Translations under genes and position numbers: made by a program
Shown: positions 1 to 23,954 of the stretch, in pieces
How the letters are laid out: every line of letters begins with the position of its first letter
How positions within the stretch are numbered: position 1 is the stretch's first letter
NCBI GenBank assembly: GCA_013265495.1
Contig: MU059403.1
Location: 310,001 to 374,000, forward strand
DNA from: Vicugna vicugna
Lineage: Eukaryota
DNA: 64,000 nucleotides
Reading direction: 5' to 3'
Notes under the pieces: generated by a model
The model's input: the letters and a program-made list of their open reading frames with translations, nothing else
What the model was told of the DNA's origin: nothing
Databases searched by the model: none

Positions 1-1870
1 CGAACGCCATGCCCCGGACGTGCAGCCGGCTCCGCGGGGCATCGCCCTTGCGCTGGGGCAGCGAAGCTTCGGAGCGGGGAGGGGGCATCTCGCACCAGGG
101 GACACGGGCTCTCGATTGGTGGATGAACTGAAAAGAGACTTTGGAGGGGCTCCCAGTGGCCACCTCTTGACAACTGAGCAAAAGCAATAATATGCATTGT
201 TGATAAACATATATCTATGAAAATCCGTGAGTCTGTTACGCTCAAAAGGGCAAAAGCCAGAAAAAATAATTCAAAGTACTTTGTTACAACTGAAATAGCT
301 ACTGAACCAATCACACTTTTAAAACTGGGCAGAAAAGGAAGAACAGAGTATTTAGCCTCCCTTTCCGACAGGGTTTGCTCAGCAAGGCCTGAGACTCAGT
401 GAACAGTCTTGGTGGGCAGAGTAAACCTTTGTTCTACAGAAGGCTCTCTGATAACAAGAGACAGAAAGCCACGGTCCAGCTACCCTCACGGATCACAAGC
501 TGGGTTGAGAACTACTGTTGGGGCTGGAATATCCCCACGCCGGCCTCCGGCGGCCCCCTCGGAGCACCTGGGAGGAGTCAGCGCCGGGCCCCATCAGGAG
601 CACGGATGGCAGCCACGTTTCATGCCTGCTGGTTCAGAAACATTCTCTCTGTGCACCTGTGGACAAGCACATCTTTGGCCTGAGACCAGCTGTCGCAATA
701 AAGCTGCCAGGCAGGGAGTTGCTAGTCCTCACACAGCTCCTCAGTGGTTTCTGTTACATCCACCTCCAGCAGCGGCATCCTGGGGGCCCTGTGGCCACCG
801 CGGCTTAGCTCAGCCCTCAGCAGCCCGTGGGGCCGGCATTCCCCTCCCAGACCAGCGGCCTGCCCTCCTCGCACCCCCGGGGACCCTAGAAGCCCACCAC
901 CCTGCCTGGGGCTTCAGTCCCAGGTAACCCGGCTTTGCTCTTGTTGGCTTCTCTTCTGATCCTGAAAAACAAAATTATTTTGAGATAATCAAGTGACTTT
1001 GAAGCAATATAACGTCACGTCGGGGTGTCAGGACGCCAGATGTTGTAACAGCCACTGCTGCCTTCTGCAGCCGCCTGCAGAGGCGTCGGAGAAAACAGCT
1101 GAGAAATCCCAGACGGAGAGGGGAGGAGAGGGGAGGAGTGACCGCACCGGCTTGAGTGGCAGGACTGACCACCGCCCTGTGCCTGGGGAGAGCACCGATG
1201 GGAGCTGTGTGGTCCCCAGCCAGCTGCCTGGAGGAGTTACGAAACTGGATTTCTCAACCATCTCCCCCTGACGGTTTGCCACGTCTGCACCCGGGGAGGA
1301 GCACTTCCCGGGGCCAGGACTCCCACTGCCTGCCAGTTGGAAAGTCCAGGCAGTGCAGAAAGAACTTCGCACTGGCCGCCTCCGCCTCGTGGACCTGTCA
1401 CGCGGAGGAAGGAGATGCTCTGGGGCTGAAACCCTCGCGGCGCTTTGGACCTGGCAGTGACGTCGCTCATCTTGGACGTTACTCACAGCGCATGCACATC
1501 CATAAACGCCGTATTCTATTCTTTGAAACGAAAAATGCTTTGAGCCCCTGAGTATTATTTAGAGAGAGTGTTATGTGAGGTCATTTAAACATCTAAAAAT
1601 ACATCCCTGGGGTTTTGAAGTAATTAAGCTTTGCGTCTACCCAATCCTGTGCTTCCACGTTTTAGTTGCGCCCGTCAGTACTTCAAACGCGAACTCCCTT
1701 TCATGGTGAACGTACATCCGTGGCCCTTGCTGGCAGTGTTTACCCCGATACAGCCCCCAAACGCTCAGGTCATGATGCCCTGAGAGTACCCGGAAAGGAC
1801 TAGGGCACTGCTCTCACAGTAGAGACCAAAGTGAAAAAGAAATTTTTATTTGTGATCTTATCTCCCCGGG

Positions 1871-2018
1871 TTTTTTTTTTACTGCATTTTAATTTTATTT
1901 GAGGAGGCTGCAATTAGGTTAATTTATTTATATATTTTTTAATGGAGGGACTGGGGATTGAACCCAGAACCTCATGCATGCTAAGCATGCGGCCTACCAC
2001 TGAGCTATACCACCCCCC
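1871..2018 (-). mobile_element. tRNA-derived SINE (camelid vic-1-like)
   Basis: Reverse complement gggtggtatagctcagtggtagg...gggttcaatccccag...ccattaaaa plus an A-rich tail; contains Pol III A and B boxes. Confidence 0.85.
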
Positions 2019-3844
2019 TCAGGCCAAATAACTCACATTTTGTGATCACATACTTCAAATTTCTCTGCAAGACAAAGCTCCATAAGTTCCCAGGAAGAGC
2101 GGTGCGAGCGGCCCCGGGCCTGGAGAGAGGGCTTCCGGCTCCCACATCCTATGAGAAGTTTCAGCACCGTTTGGTAAGTCTGTCTGACAAGGCTATTGCT
2201 TACAAAGAGAATGCCCACTGTTCTGTCCTTTTTGCTAATGAGACATTGGTCGTTTTAAAGCAACCACGAACCTTTAAAAAAAAAGAGAGAGAGAGAGATC
2301 TTGTTGCAAAATAGTTTTTTGTGTCCAATTAGGAAATAATTAGGAGTCAGATTCCAGCAGTGGAACATTTCACACCCTTCCCCACTTTTTCCCGTGGTTC
2401 ATCTGGGGCCCTTGCCAGGACTCGGGGCTCCGTGCAGAGAGAAAGCAGTGGCTGGGGACTTCCTGAGACCCGTGAGGAAGCCGCAGGCACAAGCTCCACT
2501 TCCTCTGAGCCCCTTAGGACGCCTTCTGACGTGGAACGTCACCACTCCCACCTCCTGGCTCCCGCAGGGCCCCTTCCTGGCACAGCGCATGCCTGTGCAC
2601 GGACCCTGCTCCTCTGTGCCCACTCACAGGTCCGTCTCACATTAGAGATTTTAGGGAGTAGAAATGAGCTTGCTGGCCTCTCTCCGTATTTCCTCATCGG
2701 GTGTGGCAGAGGATCTCAGGGAACCAGACTGCTGGCTGATGTTACCGGGAGTCGATCTGGGCAGCACCTGCTCCTGGGCCCCGGGGGCCCTGAGGTTTCC
2801 AGGCAGGCTGACACCTCCAGGCTGCCCCTTGCTCCTCACCTAGCCCTAGAGGCAGGCAGGACGAGTTTTCCAAGGTGAAAAGGGAAGCAGAAAGTCCAAA
2901 CCCACAGAAACTAAGAGTAGCAACTCTGGAGAGATGGCACAGGAGAGGCACAAGGCCGGTGGTTCCTCTACGCGCATCTGCAGAGACTGACTTTCTTACA
3001 AGTTATGTTACTTGCGTGACAGATTAAGCAGAATGCACTGTTTGCACTTAAACCAGTCTATACTCTTATTGCACCTTCCTTTTAGCCAACCTCAACTCTA
3101 GAGAGCTGCGGAAGGAGGAGCCTGAGGGACGGAGGATGGTCCTACCCACCTCCCGCCACCCCCAGGGGCAGATGCAGCCAGGGGACAGGAGGACCTGCTG
3201 GTCACAGCATCTCCCAGCATCCCAACCACATTCCCTCATCTACCACGTGGGAGCAGCACCAGTCCTGCGCGCCCCTCAGGGCTGTGTGTGGCTCACAAGA
3301 GAGCACATATGATAATACCTTATAAATTGTGTAGTGCCTCTGAAGGAAAAAAAGAAAAAGTGACAGAACTTACTCAGAGGGAACCGTCTGGCTGGGAGGG
3401 GCACAGGCCCTGCGGGTGTCAGCTTTACCTCTGCCGCTCTCACCCGCTGTTGCCAGGGAACAGAGAATTGTGCTCATATTCAGGGTGAAGTTAAAAAACC
3501 CTAACTTCTGCCTAGCGTGAACGGGGAGTCAGGGCCGTGTCTTCGGGACACTTCCCGTCACTTGGTCCAAGCCCCCGGGGCAGTTCCTGGTTGCCACGCT
3601 CCACCCCCTGCCCAGAGGCCAGAAGCACATCCTATGGGCTTGCCGTCCCCACAGCAGGTGTCAGAGCGCCCGCCTCGGGAGAAACACAGGCCCAGAACAA
3701 GCCCCGGCTGCTTCGGGGAGCTTCAGGCGCGGTGCTGGGGTGCACTGGTGTTCACCCATGTGGAAGAGCACGCTATTCACAGCTGGGACTGTGGATGCTC
3801 CAGGAAACTGGCCTCCAGCTGCCACTTCCCTGACCATCGTGATT

Positions 3845-3960
3845 AATTTTCTTTTTGTTTCTCTCTTTCCTTCTTCCTTCCTTTCTCTTTCTTTGTTTCA
3901 TTTCTATCTCTCTTCCCCCTCTTCCTTCCTTTTCTTTTCAATTGTAGTATAGTCAGTTTA
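3845..3960. repeat. Pyrimidine-rich simple repeat joined to a very short L1 tail
   Basis: About 95 nt of almost only T/C, followed by caattgtagtatagtcagtttac. Confidence 0.7.
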
Positions 3961-4096
3961 CTTTTATTTTTAATCTTAGTATTTTCAAGGAGTTCCATTC
4001 TTCCCAGTAGCTGTCTTTTCAGGGCTATAGTTCTACAGTTCCTTAATAAGCACAGCAAGGTATTTAATCATGCTGATTTGACAAATATTTAAATCA

Positions 4097-4102
4097 TTTA
4101 TT
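4097..4102 (-). terminator. MPC1: MPC1 polyadenylation signal AATAAA
   Basis: First minus-strand AATAAA found, about 460 nt after the stop, in an AT-rich 3'UTR end. ATTAAA (4063-4068) and AATAAA (3963-3968) follow. Confidence 0.7.
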
Positions 4103-4563
4103 GCCATTAATTACAGCATTTCAATATACACATTGCAGGGAAATACAAATATCTTTTCAAACACTGGCAATGTGATCTTAGGTATGTGGCCAGCTGTCCA
4201 CCGTCTTGTGGTCATTAAAGAAAAAGCCATGATTTCTGAGAACCTAATGCTAGTGGTTACAAGTTTTGTTCTCTTCAGGTTTTCACGCAGTAAATTTTAA
4301 CAGACAGGACACATACTACTGCAGATAAAACCATCACTGGGAATCATGAACTTGATCGCATATTCGAGCTACTCTTTCTGAAGAGAAGTAGAATATTCGT
4401 ACTTATAAGGCAGCAGAGAGTGGGCTCAGGGGCGCTCTGCTATTTCTAGAAAAATAATCTGGTTAGTAAAAACAGCAGTCAGCATCTGTTTCTGGCGAGA
4501 CTCTTCCCGATGAGGGGCTCTGCCTCTGGAGCCGCTGGCAGCTGGTCCCCTCGTTTTCCGTTG

Positions 4564-15700
<11,137 letters not shown>

Positions 15701-15819
15701 GTTTTTGTCTACTGCAAACGTTTTATACCGGCCAAAAATGTAGCCGGCTGAGTCATTTAAACTGTTCTGGGTGAGAGTAGGGGACGGGAGCCCTCAGGCA
15801 TCGCTGGCAGGGAAGTCCG

Positions 15820-16215
15820 TTGGAATGTAAACACCATTATTTTTGAAAATGATTTACATATCCACCAAAGGAAGAGAGCTAAATAAATCATGGGGCATCC
15901 ATTCCATCCAATACCATAGGACAGCTTACAAGAATAAGGGAGCTGTATGTGCTAATATGGATAGAGCTTTTAAGATTTATAAGACAAAAGAGTCAAGGTA
16001 CAGAACTGTGTGTAAAGTATGCTAGTGTTTGTGCACAGGGACAGAGAGAGTATATCATTTCATGTTTCCAGAGATAAAGGAGAAATGTTAGCAGTGGCTG
16101 CCTCTAAGGATGGCTTAGAGGCTGAGGGACGGAGGGAAACTCTTCACTGTATACTCTTCCTTTTGAAGCTTGTACAATGAGCATATGCTAGCCATTCAAA
16201 ATAAATACTGTGAAA
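15820..16215 (+). mobile_element. Old L1 (L1M-type) 3' fragment
   Basis: Degraded L1 3'UTR-like motifs (tggaatgtaaac, taaataaatcatgg...catccattcc, ttcactgtatactctt). Confidence 0.5.
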
Positions 16216-16984
16216 GAAGAAAAGAAATGCCTTTGAGAATTCAAATAGCAGTCGTTTCATTGAATCAGATTTATTTTCTGTTAGGATGTCTATGAGTCAC
16301 ATCTGACCTTGGTCATCTGTGAAAGCACATCTCAGTACACAGCACTGCAACCTCATAGTGACACCAGGAAGGTCATTATATTCCACTGGAGCTTCATGGC
16401 GGAGGTAGGACTGTGACCTAAGAGAAGCAAAGAGGTCTTGATCATTCATCGTATTCCTATTAATAGCTACCGCTGTTGACCACTAGGCACTTTTCAAACA
16501 TAATTTCTTCTCATATCAACCCAGAAGGTGAGTGTAAGGAAACTGAGCGGCTTCTTGAATAAAACCAAACCACTTCTGCGCCCGCCTGCCCTGTGAGAAG
16601 GGATTGAATCATGGTTCAGGCTTGAACCATGAACCCCTTTGGACCATACTGCCTGCTCCACATTTAAAGTAGCAGGGATGCATTCCCCTGAAAGAAGTCC
16701 TCTTGGTCGCAACATTTGAAATAGTGGAGAAAGTATGGTTCTCAAAGTAAGAGAACAGGGTTCAGATCCCAGGTTCGCTACTTAGTAGGACATTAATATG
16801 TTCCTTTGGCCAGTGTATTCCTTTACTTAAATACTCCAGCTCACACTCCTCCACACAGTGGGGAACCAACAGAAAGCTCAAAGGCCCCACTGAGGCCTGA
16901 ACAGGAAAACCCAGTCTTCCGAGAGGTGAGGACAGTAATTGGGGCAGGTGCCCTCAGCACCGTTTCCGCAAGCGTCGTCCCTGA

Positions 16985-17115
16985 CCACCTGCCTCAGAAC
17001 CACTTACCGGCTCCTTAACAACGAAGCTCTCTAGACCCCCCAGCTCTGAGGCTGGGGGTCTAGGAATTTGCGGTTGATTCTCCTGATAGCTCAAGTTTTA
17101 GAACCACTACTCCAG
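16985..17115. mobile_element. MER5-like hAT MITE fragment
   Basis: Internal palindrome and terminal ...tttagaaccact motif. Confidence 0.5.
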
Positions 17116-17959
17116 AAGGAAGGAAAATATTAGGGGACAAACCTTAACCATGATTCAACCCAGGAGCCATTCTCACAGGGCGAGCGGGGGCAGAAGTGGT
17201 TTTGTTTTATTCAAGGAGCCACTCTAGACCAGTGTCCTGTTCTTTCCCATCCTGAGTCCCCTCAGGGGGCACCGTCAGGGTCGCTTCAGAGCCTGGGCTG
17301 CCCGCTTGTCTGCATCCTGAGTTCCCTCCGCTCGCGGTTAGGGTCGGGACAGTAGTGGCTGATGATTTGATGGCCGCAGCAGCCTTTGTTTACTGATACG
17401 GCTGCAGTATCTTTCATTGACAGAACCTTCACTCCGCTTTGCAATTCAGTAATTTCCTAGTGAATAAACAGAGAAGGAATATAGGAACTAGAGACGTCAC
17501 TGTTTTGCCCTCCCTGTTGAAATGTATGATTAAGGCCATAATTATCAGCAGACACTAACCTACCCATTGAAAAGTGACAGGTGAGAGGGTACCAGACTGT
17601 CACCCACAGATGGCTGGCTGCTGGGCATCGGGAGAAACTTCCCCAACCCTGTGTCCTCCGGAGTTTCTGGGGGGAAATGGCCAAGAATGTTTTCTTGGTC
17701 AAATGTATTAGAAAACTTATTTGAATCAGACAAGGTTATGTTTTTCTTCAGCTTTTCTAAGAGCCTTCACTAAGCTCCTGTGAAGGGTGAGAGCCTAAAC
17801 GAAGCTTAATGTCCATGGAATTCCCCAAACTTCCTTCACCACAGAGGCTTTTCAGAAGGAGCATCTTACTGGACTGTCTGTCTGGGAGTTCCAGTGGCCG
17901 GGAGCCCCTCCTTCCAACCCTCTGAGCTGAGGTGCTCGGTGAGGAACTCAGACCTTCCC

Positions 17960-18110
17960 CACTTTTTAGCTGCCTGCATGCAGCAATTTACTCGGACTCC
18001 CCAGGCCTCAGTTTTTTAATCTATAAAGTGAAAATAATAAATATCACATCTTACACTTTGCTGAGTTTTTGTGAGAATTAAAAGGAATGATGTCTGTGAA
18101 AGGTCTGACA
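17960..18110. mobile_element. MIR SINE
   Basis: Core-like ggcctcagttttttaatctataaagtgaaaataataa...ttgtgagaattaaa. Confidence 0.65.
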
Positions 18111-18834
18111 CTGTCAGTGGTCGATTTCCCCGTCCCTGCGTCCCCTTGGCGTGTAAACATCCACTCCGTCCCTGTGTCTCTAGGGACAGCTTGGTCCCGG
18201 GCTCCTGTCGGCCCCCTTTCTCCTGCTGCTCAGTTGTTTGTCTTTGTTTTTGAATTAGGGAGAGCACGTACCTTGTGCCACCCGTCAATCCTGTGAGCAC
18301 TGTCTGCTCTCGTGGAGGACGGAGGCAGAGTCTGTGTGGATTTCTGTCCTTGGAGGACAGTCAGAGGGCTCAGGACTCTCTGGGTCCTTGTCTCTGCTTC
18401 TCCTGCATGATCACTTGGTTCCACGTGTGCTGAAAACCAGGTTGGGGGAAGCCAGGTCAACAGACTCAGTAGCTCCATCTCTGACACGGACTTAGCCGGT
18501 GCTGGGATCCAGCCTCCTTCTCAGCCTTCTCTGCTCCTGCGGGCAGAGCTGGCCCCGAGTGGTGCGGGACGGGCTCTGGGGTTGTGCTTGCAGGAGTCTG
18601 GAAAGCCCTCTCTCATTTCCTTCTGACACTGAACGAAATTCTACCTTTGTGAGGATGCTCTTGAAGACAATAGGGGCTGTGCGGGCAGGACAGGAAGCCA
18701 TCCTTGGGGGTGACGGGGTGGGTCCCACTGGCTACACACAGGACAATCCGAGTATCAAAAGGATGGTGATGACAGATGATGGAAATGTGCATTCTGTGAG
18801 GTCATGATCCTCGGGGGAAATGAAGACGGCAAGA

Positions 18835-19660
18835 AAGACCACAGAATCATAAATCTGATAAGGGACTTGTATCTAAAATATTTAAAGAACTTTTACAGCT
18901 CTTACACTAATGCAAAGACAAATAACCCCATTAAATAACAAGCAAAGATTTGAATAGACATTTCTCCAAAGAAAATGTACAAATGGCCAACAAACACATG
19001 AAAAGATGCTCAACATCATTAGCAATCGAGGAAATGATCATCAAAACCATAAGGAGATACCCCTTCAGACTCTCCAGAATAGCTACAAAAAAAAACCAAA
19101 ACAGGAAACAAGTGCCAGTGAGGATGTAGACGAGCAGGACCCCTCGTGCACACTGGTAGGGGTGGAACATGGTGCATCTCCTCTGGAAGACAGTCTAGCA
19201 GTTTATCAAATGATTAAACACAGCTGTCACATGGCTCAGCAATCCCACTGCTAGGCATACGCCCGAGAGGAATGACAACAGCATAGGTCCTCACAAAAAC
19301 CTGTATACCAACGCTCAGAGCAGCATCAGAAATAACAGCGAAAAAGTGAAGACAACCCAAGTGTCGAACTGACTGGTGAGTAGATGAATGTAATTTGGAC
19401 TTTCAACAAGGACGGAGCTTGCAAACACTATGCTAAAGTAAAAGAAGCCAGACACAGAGGCCCACGTGTCCTGTGATTCCTCTTCTGTGAAGCACCCAGG
19501 GCAGGCATAGCCACAGAGACGGTGAGCTGACTGGTGGCTGCCTAGGGCTGACTGCACAACTGTGACCATGGTATAAACCATTGAATTGTGCACTTTAAAG
19601 GGCGGAACTTTATGATATGTGAATTATATCCCAATAAAGTTTTTTTTTATAAAATCTTAA
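18835..19660 (+). mobile_element. L1MB-like LINE-1 3' end (ORF2 tail and 3'UTR), truncated and disrupted
   Basis: atctgataagggacttgtatc...gaatagacatttctccaaagaa...atgaaaagatgctcaacatcattag...tgaattatatcccaataaag. Confidence 0.85.
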
Positions 19661-20324
19661 CAGAAAAAATCTTTAAAAAGACACATAGAAAAGCCAACAG
19701 AAGTCCGGAAAATCTGTTGTTGTAATCAGTGCACTAAGTCATTTGGGATTTAAAAGGAAAGAAGCATTTGTCTGTCTGAACTATTTCAGACCTAGTGGTG
19801 AAGGAAAGCTCTCCTTTCCAGAATAAGTCCAGGTAATAAATACAAAGGAATGGCAGGATTAAAACACCAGTTTGTAATCCCCAGTGAAATACTGATTCAG
19901 ACAAAAATCAAGGATGCTAACCTATTCGGTAAAGGAGTGGGAACTGGGTCTTCAAAGGGCAGCAGTGTTGTCCTGGGGGCGATTTGCTGGTCTAAAAGGG
20001 GAAATGCAAATTTACAACGAGGCAGGCTGCTAAAGCCACTCAGCATAACCATGGATGCTAAACACGTCCTGCATCCTGCTTCCCGCATCCCGAGGGCAGG
20101 AGGCAACAGCCAGTCGGCAGCGCCTGTCGTGTGTCCACCCCACATCTTGAATCTGAATGCATCCAGGCTGCGGGTCTATCCTTCAGTTCCCAGGAACCAA
20201 CAGGGTTAGAGGAACTAGTCAAGGGAACCTATGAGGACATGACCCAGCTTCCCCAGTAAGTGGAACACTTAATAGGTCAGTAGAACAGCGGAGCTCCCCT
20301 CTTCCATGCGGGGGACAGTCTGGG

Positions 20325-20590
20325 TCAGCTGCGCCCAACAGAAATGTAACAGGAGCCACAGCCTGAACTTTGAGTTTTTAGTAGCCACATTAAAAATGTA
20401 AAAAGAAACAGGCGAAGTTAATTTTAATAGCAGTCTATTTAGCCCAATATATCCAAAATATTATTTCAATATATAATCAATAAAAGTATTATTGAAATAT
20501 TTCATTTTCTTCTTTTTGTACTTTCTTAAAATCAGGTGTATATTTGACACTTATGATTCACCTCAATTCAGATGCTGCATTTTTACGGGG
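20325..20590. mobile_element. MER33/MER3-like hAT-Charlie MITE
   Basis: ttttagtagccacattaaaaatgtaaaaagaaacaggcgaagttaattttaata...cccaatatatccaaaatattatttcaa. Confidence 0.75.
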
Positions 20591-23500
20591 AATACTTGAT
20601 CTGCACTTCAATTTCATAGAATTTACAGTTGCAAAAAGTATATTCACACACCCAAGTTGTTCCAAACACAGTGAAACAACTCCAAACGTGAAACGAGCAC
20701 CCAAAGAAAACAATCATTTCCTTTAACATTTGTGTTCATCCTGACAAAACTAACACACTTTTCTCGAAGAACTTACTTTGAAGGAAAAGCATATCAGATT
20801 CAAAGTTCCTGTTAAGCAAATTCCCCTGCTCTTCTCCTCAGGTGTGTTAACATCGGAGTCAAAGGTTAGTTACTAAGCTGAAAAGCATCTCTTCAGCGGG
20901 GAGGTTTTTGCAGTTAACTTACGTAATACTGTTTATTACCTTTACAAACATTCCCTATTCACTTACGTTAGAACACTTCGTAAAATCACCATTACTGATT
21001 TGTAGCTCAAAACTTTCAGTTGCAAATAAGCTCTAACACCTGTCTGGCTAGATCATAAACTTTTAAATGAAGCTTTTACGCTTCAGGTTGTCTCACTCAC
21101 CTGCAGTGGGACGTGGGGGAGAAGACACAAATCACGCTGTCGTGTGTTGCTTTGACGACTGACTATTTGGCAGACTTTCCCTCTATTTCTAGAAATGTTT
21201 GAATTGGAGATAAAGGAAGAGCAGATCTTTTTAAACTCTTCCAATAAGCACCGACAAACATCATTACATTCATTGGCTTTTATTTCTCTCGATAGTTTGA
21301 TAGAATAAGGATGAGTCACAGAATTGGTGCATGTTTAATAAACCATTAGACAAACTATCCACGACACTCTTCACAGTGTCTCCCTCAGAAATCCAGACAT
21401 AAAGATTTTCATTCTGCATCACATAATGGACAAAGCAATGAGAGACGTCAGGGTCTTATTTTAAAATTCCCGTAAGTCCTGATTTTCAGCTTACGTGGCT
21501 GGCACACCCTCCACTGTGACAGACGTTTTTTTTCACCTGTAACTGACACACTAACAGACTCAGACAACACCCCTCCATGCGCTCTGCTCTTCAGGCCATG
21601 AAGTGTCCGCGTTTCTCCCTACTTTGGAAGTCCGCTGTTGGCCGGGGGCGTGGCTTTCAGCTGTGGACCAACCAGCTCCTCACTCTTTTCACATCTTGTT
21701 CCGTATTCGGGTAGCTTAGGTGCGTTTTAGATCAGTCTGTTATTTACTTTTTTTTTTTTTAACCTAAATGATGTTTCAAGCAGTTGAAAAATGTATGTGT
21801 ATTCGGGATACATAATATCGGCAGCTTTCCATGTTGTTCAAGGCTATGAATTTGCTTTACCTGTCACAACGTGTGGCCCCCACCTGCTGTGTCAGCTACA
21901 GATCGTTTCCTTGGATGCACCGTAAAGGTTCCTTCTTGTTTTAACTAAATAACCCGCAGCCAGTTCTGCCAGCTTCCCACAGCGGTGCCACTTCTCAGCC
22001 GGAGCCAGTGGGCTGGGCCTTGAAGTCTAAGGGTTCGGACGAGGCCTCGGTTATACGCCTTCTAAATGGGTACGGGACAGAGATGAAAAGGGCCAGCAGA
22101 GTGGTGGCATCTCGGAAGGCCTTACCCTAGGAAGGTGCTACTGCGACACAGATTGCTCAGAAACATGGAAATGTAGCCAAAGGTGAGTCTGCTTCTTCAG
22201 AACCTTCAGAACCTTCAGAACCCTCTCACCCGCAAGTGCGGGTTAAAGTTTGACTGGGTTCAGCTGTTGCTTTGACCTCACGGACACGCCCACGCGGGCC
22301 GTGCCCTGTGGTCTGCGTGGCAGTTCTAAGCGGCGAGTCTGAAAGATAATATTTGGTTTGTCCTCATCTGTTATCCTCGGGCTCTTTCTGTGCTTAAAAA
22401 GGCGAGATGTAGCTTGGCAGAGTTCTATGCTGACCAAGCAGACCCTAGCGTCCTTGGGTCATTTAACTGAAGGGGACTTTGGCTGCTACAGCCGTACAAG
22501 TGACTCTGGACGTTTCCACCTGGAGGGGACCTGGTGGGGGCCATGCACCTCTGTGTTCCCTGCGTCTCACATGGCTCCTCTCCAGGAGGGAGAACCCCAG
22601 CTTCACCCACATTCACTTCCTGAGACGTGACTGGTCCTCACGCAGCTCAGAATGACCCAGAGTTTGAACCTGCGGCTTCTGGGTGCAAAGTGAATAAGTA
22701 CATTCTACATTTACACACCACGGGCACCAGGCGTTGGAATGAAGTTTTCAGTGACTTTGGGGTGGGCTGGGGAGCAGGGGGTGGGGTTTCCTCTAACAGG
22801 TGCACGCAGCTCGGACTTCCGGGGGCCCCCACCCTCGTCTCTGCACTGCTCCGCACCTGGCCCCACCAGCCCATCGGCAGCCTCCACCCGCCCCACAGGC
22901 GTTGCCGGCGCCCAGGAGACGTCAGGTAGTGCACCTGGGGGTGAGGCGAGCACAAACAGCTGAGGCCTCTGCTCATGTCCGGCTGCAGACGCAGGCAGCG
23001 AGAGGATACGTGAATGTGTGGCTGTGCTGAGCGCTGGGGGGAGAAGGCAGGGAGACGAGATAGACCAGAACGCTGACCGGGCTGGGCAGGCGGGCTGCTC
23101 CTCTACGTAGGACCCATAAGCCTCTCTGAGGCCTGGAGGCCCAAGTCCCCAGCAGGAGCCAGCTGGGGAAGGGGTCCAGGGAGAGGGAACAGCCCCCAGA
23201 CCAGGCTCCTTTAGTCTGAGAAGTAGCCAGGAGCCGTGTGAGCGACGGGCTTCTCCTGGCTGGGCCCCCTGGCCCGCGTGGCCTCCGGGGAGGCCTCCTC
23301 AGCCCGCTGAGCGTGAGCGGAAACTAAGGGGCGTCCCAGACGGCTCCACACAGCAGCGGGGCGGACCGAGACAGGAAGAAAGGGCGAGTGGCTGGTGTTT
23401 CCAGGATTGGCCAGGACTATGCCTTGTCAGGATGCTGCGGGGCCACCTGACGAAGGACACAGCGTGGGGGTGGGGTGCAGTCCCAGGTCAGGCGGTGGAC

Positions 23501-23954
23501 ACGGAGCTCCTGCAGGTCTAGGTCGTCTCTCCCTGTTGGGTCCCGAGGACTGTACGGTGGGGACTGCAGGTGCTGGTGTGACCCAGCGGGCCACGAGGAG
23601 CGCCGCGCGTCTTGGCTGTGTCTGTGCTCTGAGGGTGGAGGGAAGTGTTTCCCCAGGGGCACAAATGCAGCTCCATTGAGCTGGCCTGAAGATGACATCA
23701 GGCTGTGAGCTGCAGGCCAAGAGGCGTCACCATGTGGCTGGTGGCCTCTCCCGATGAGCCAGGGATGAAGGCTCCTGCTCAGTGTGTGTGGGGGGGGTGT
23801 GCCATGTGGAGCTTGCCCGGTGGGGAGCACTGACGGAGACAGGTCGACACCACGATGTGGGGCTGCCGGGCCAGATGAAAGTGAAGAGATCCCCAGCCAG
23901 CTGGGGGTCCAGTGAGGGGAGGGGAAGGAGCAGCTGGCCCGGGAGGCAGTCAGC

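Noticed and set aside
1940-2018. tRNA-like sequences (here and at the other SINE heads)
   Set aside because: Diverged stems followed by SINE-specific A-rich tails; these are SINEs, not tRNA genes.
17031-17063. 13-bp stem hairpin ctagacccccagc / gctgggggtctag
   Set aside because: Lies within a MER5-like MITE whose internal palindrome explains it; the stem is too short for a pre-miRNA.
18499-18807. ORF with a signal-peptide-like N-terminus (MLGSSLLLSLLCSC...)
   Set aside because: Non-ATG start, no promoter or splice support, and no recognisable homology.
18931-19593. ORFs resembling L1 ORF2
   Set aside because: Fragmented, frameshifted remnants of an old truncated L1, not an active element.
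22195-22221. (CTTCAGAAC)3 resembling a heat-shock element
   Set aside because: TTC-to-GAA spacing is 1 nt instead of 2, breaking the nGAAn phase; a simple slippage repeat.
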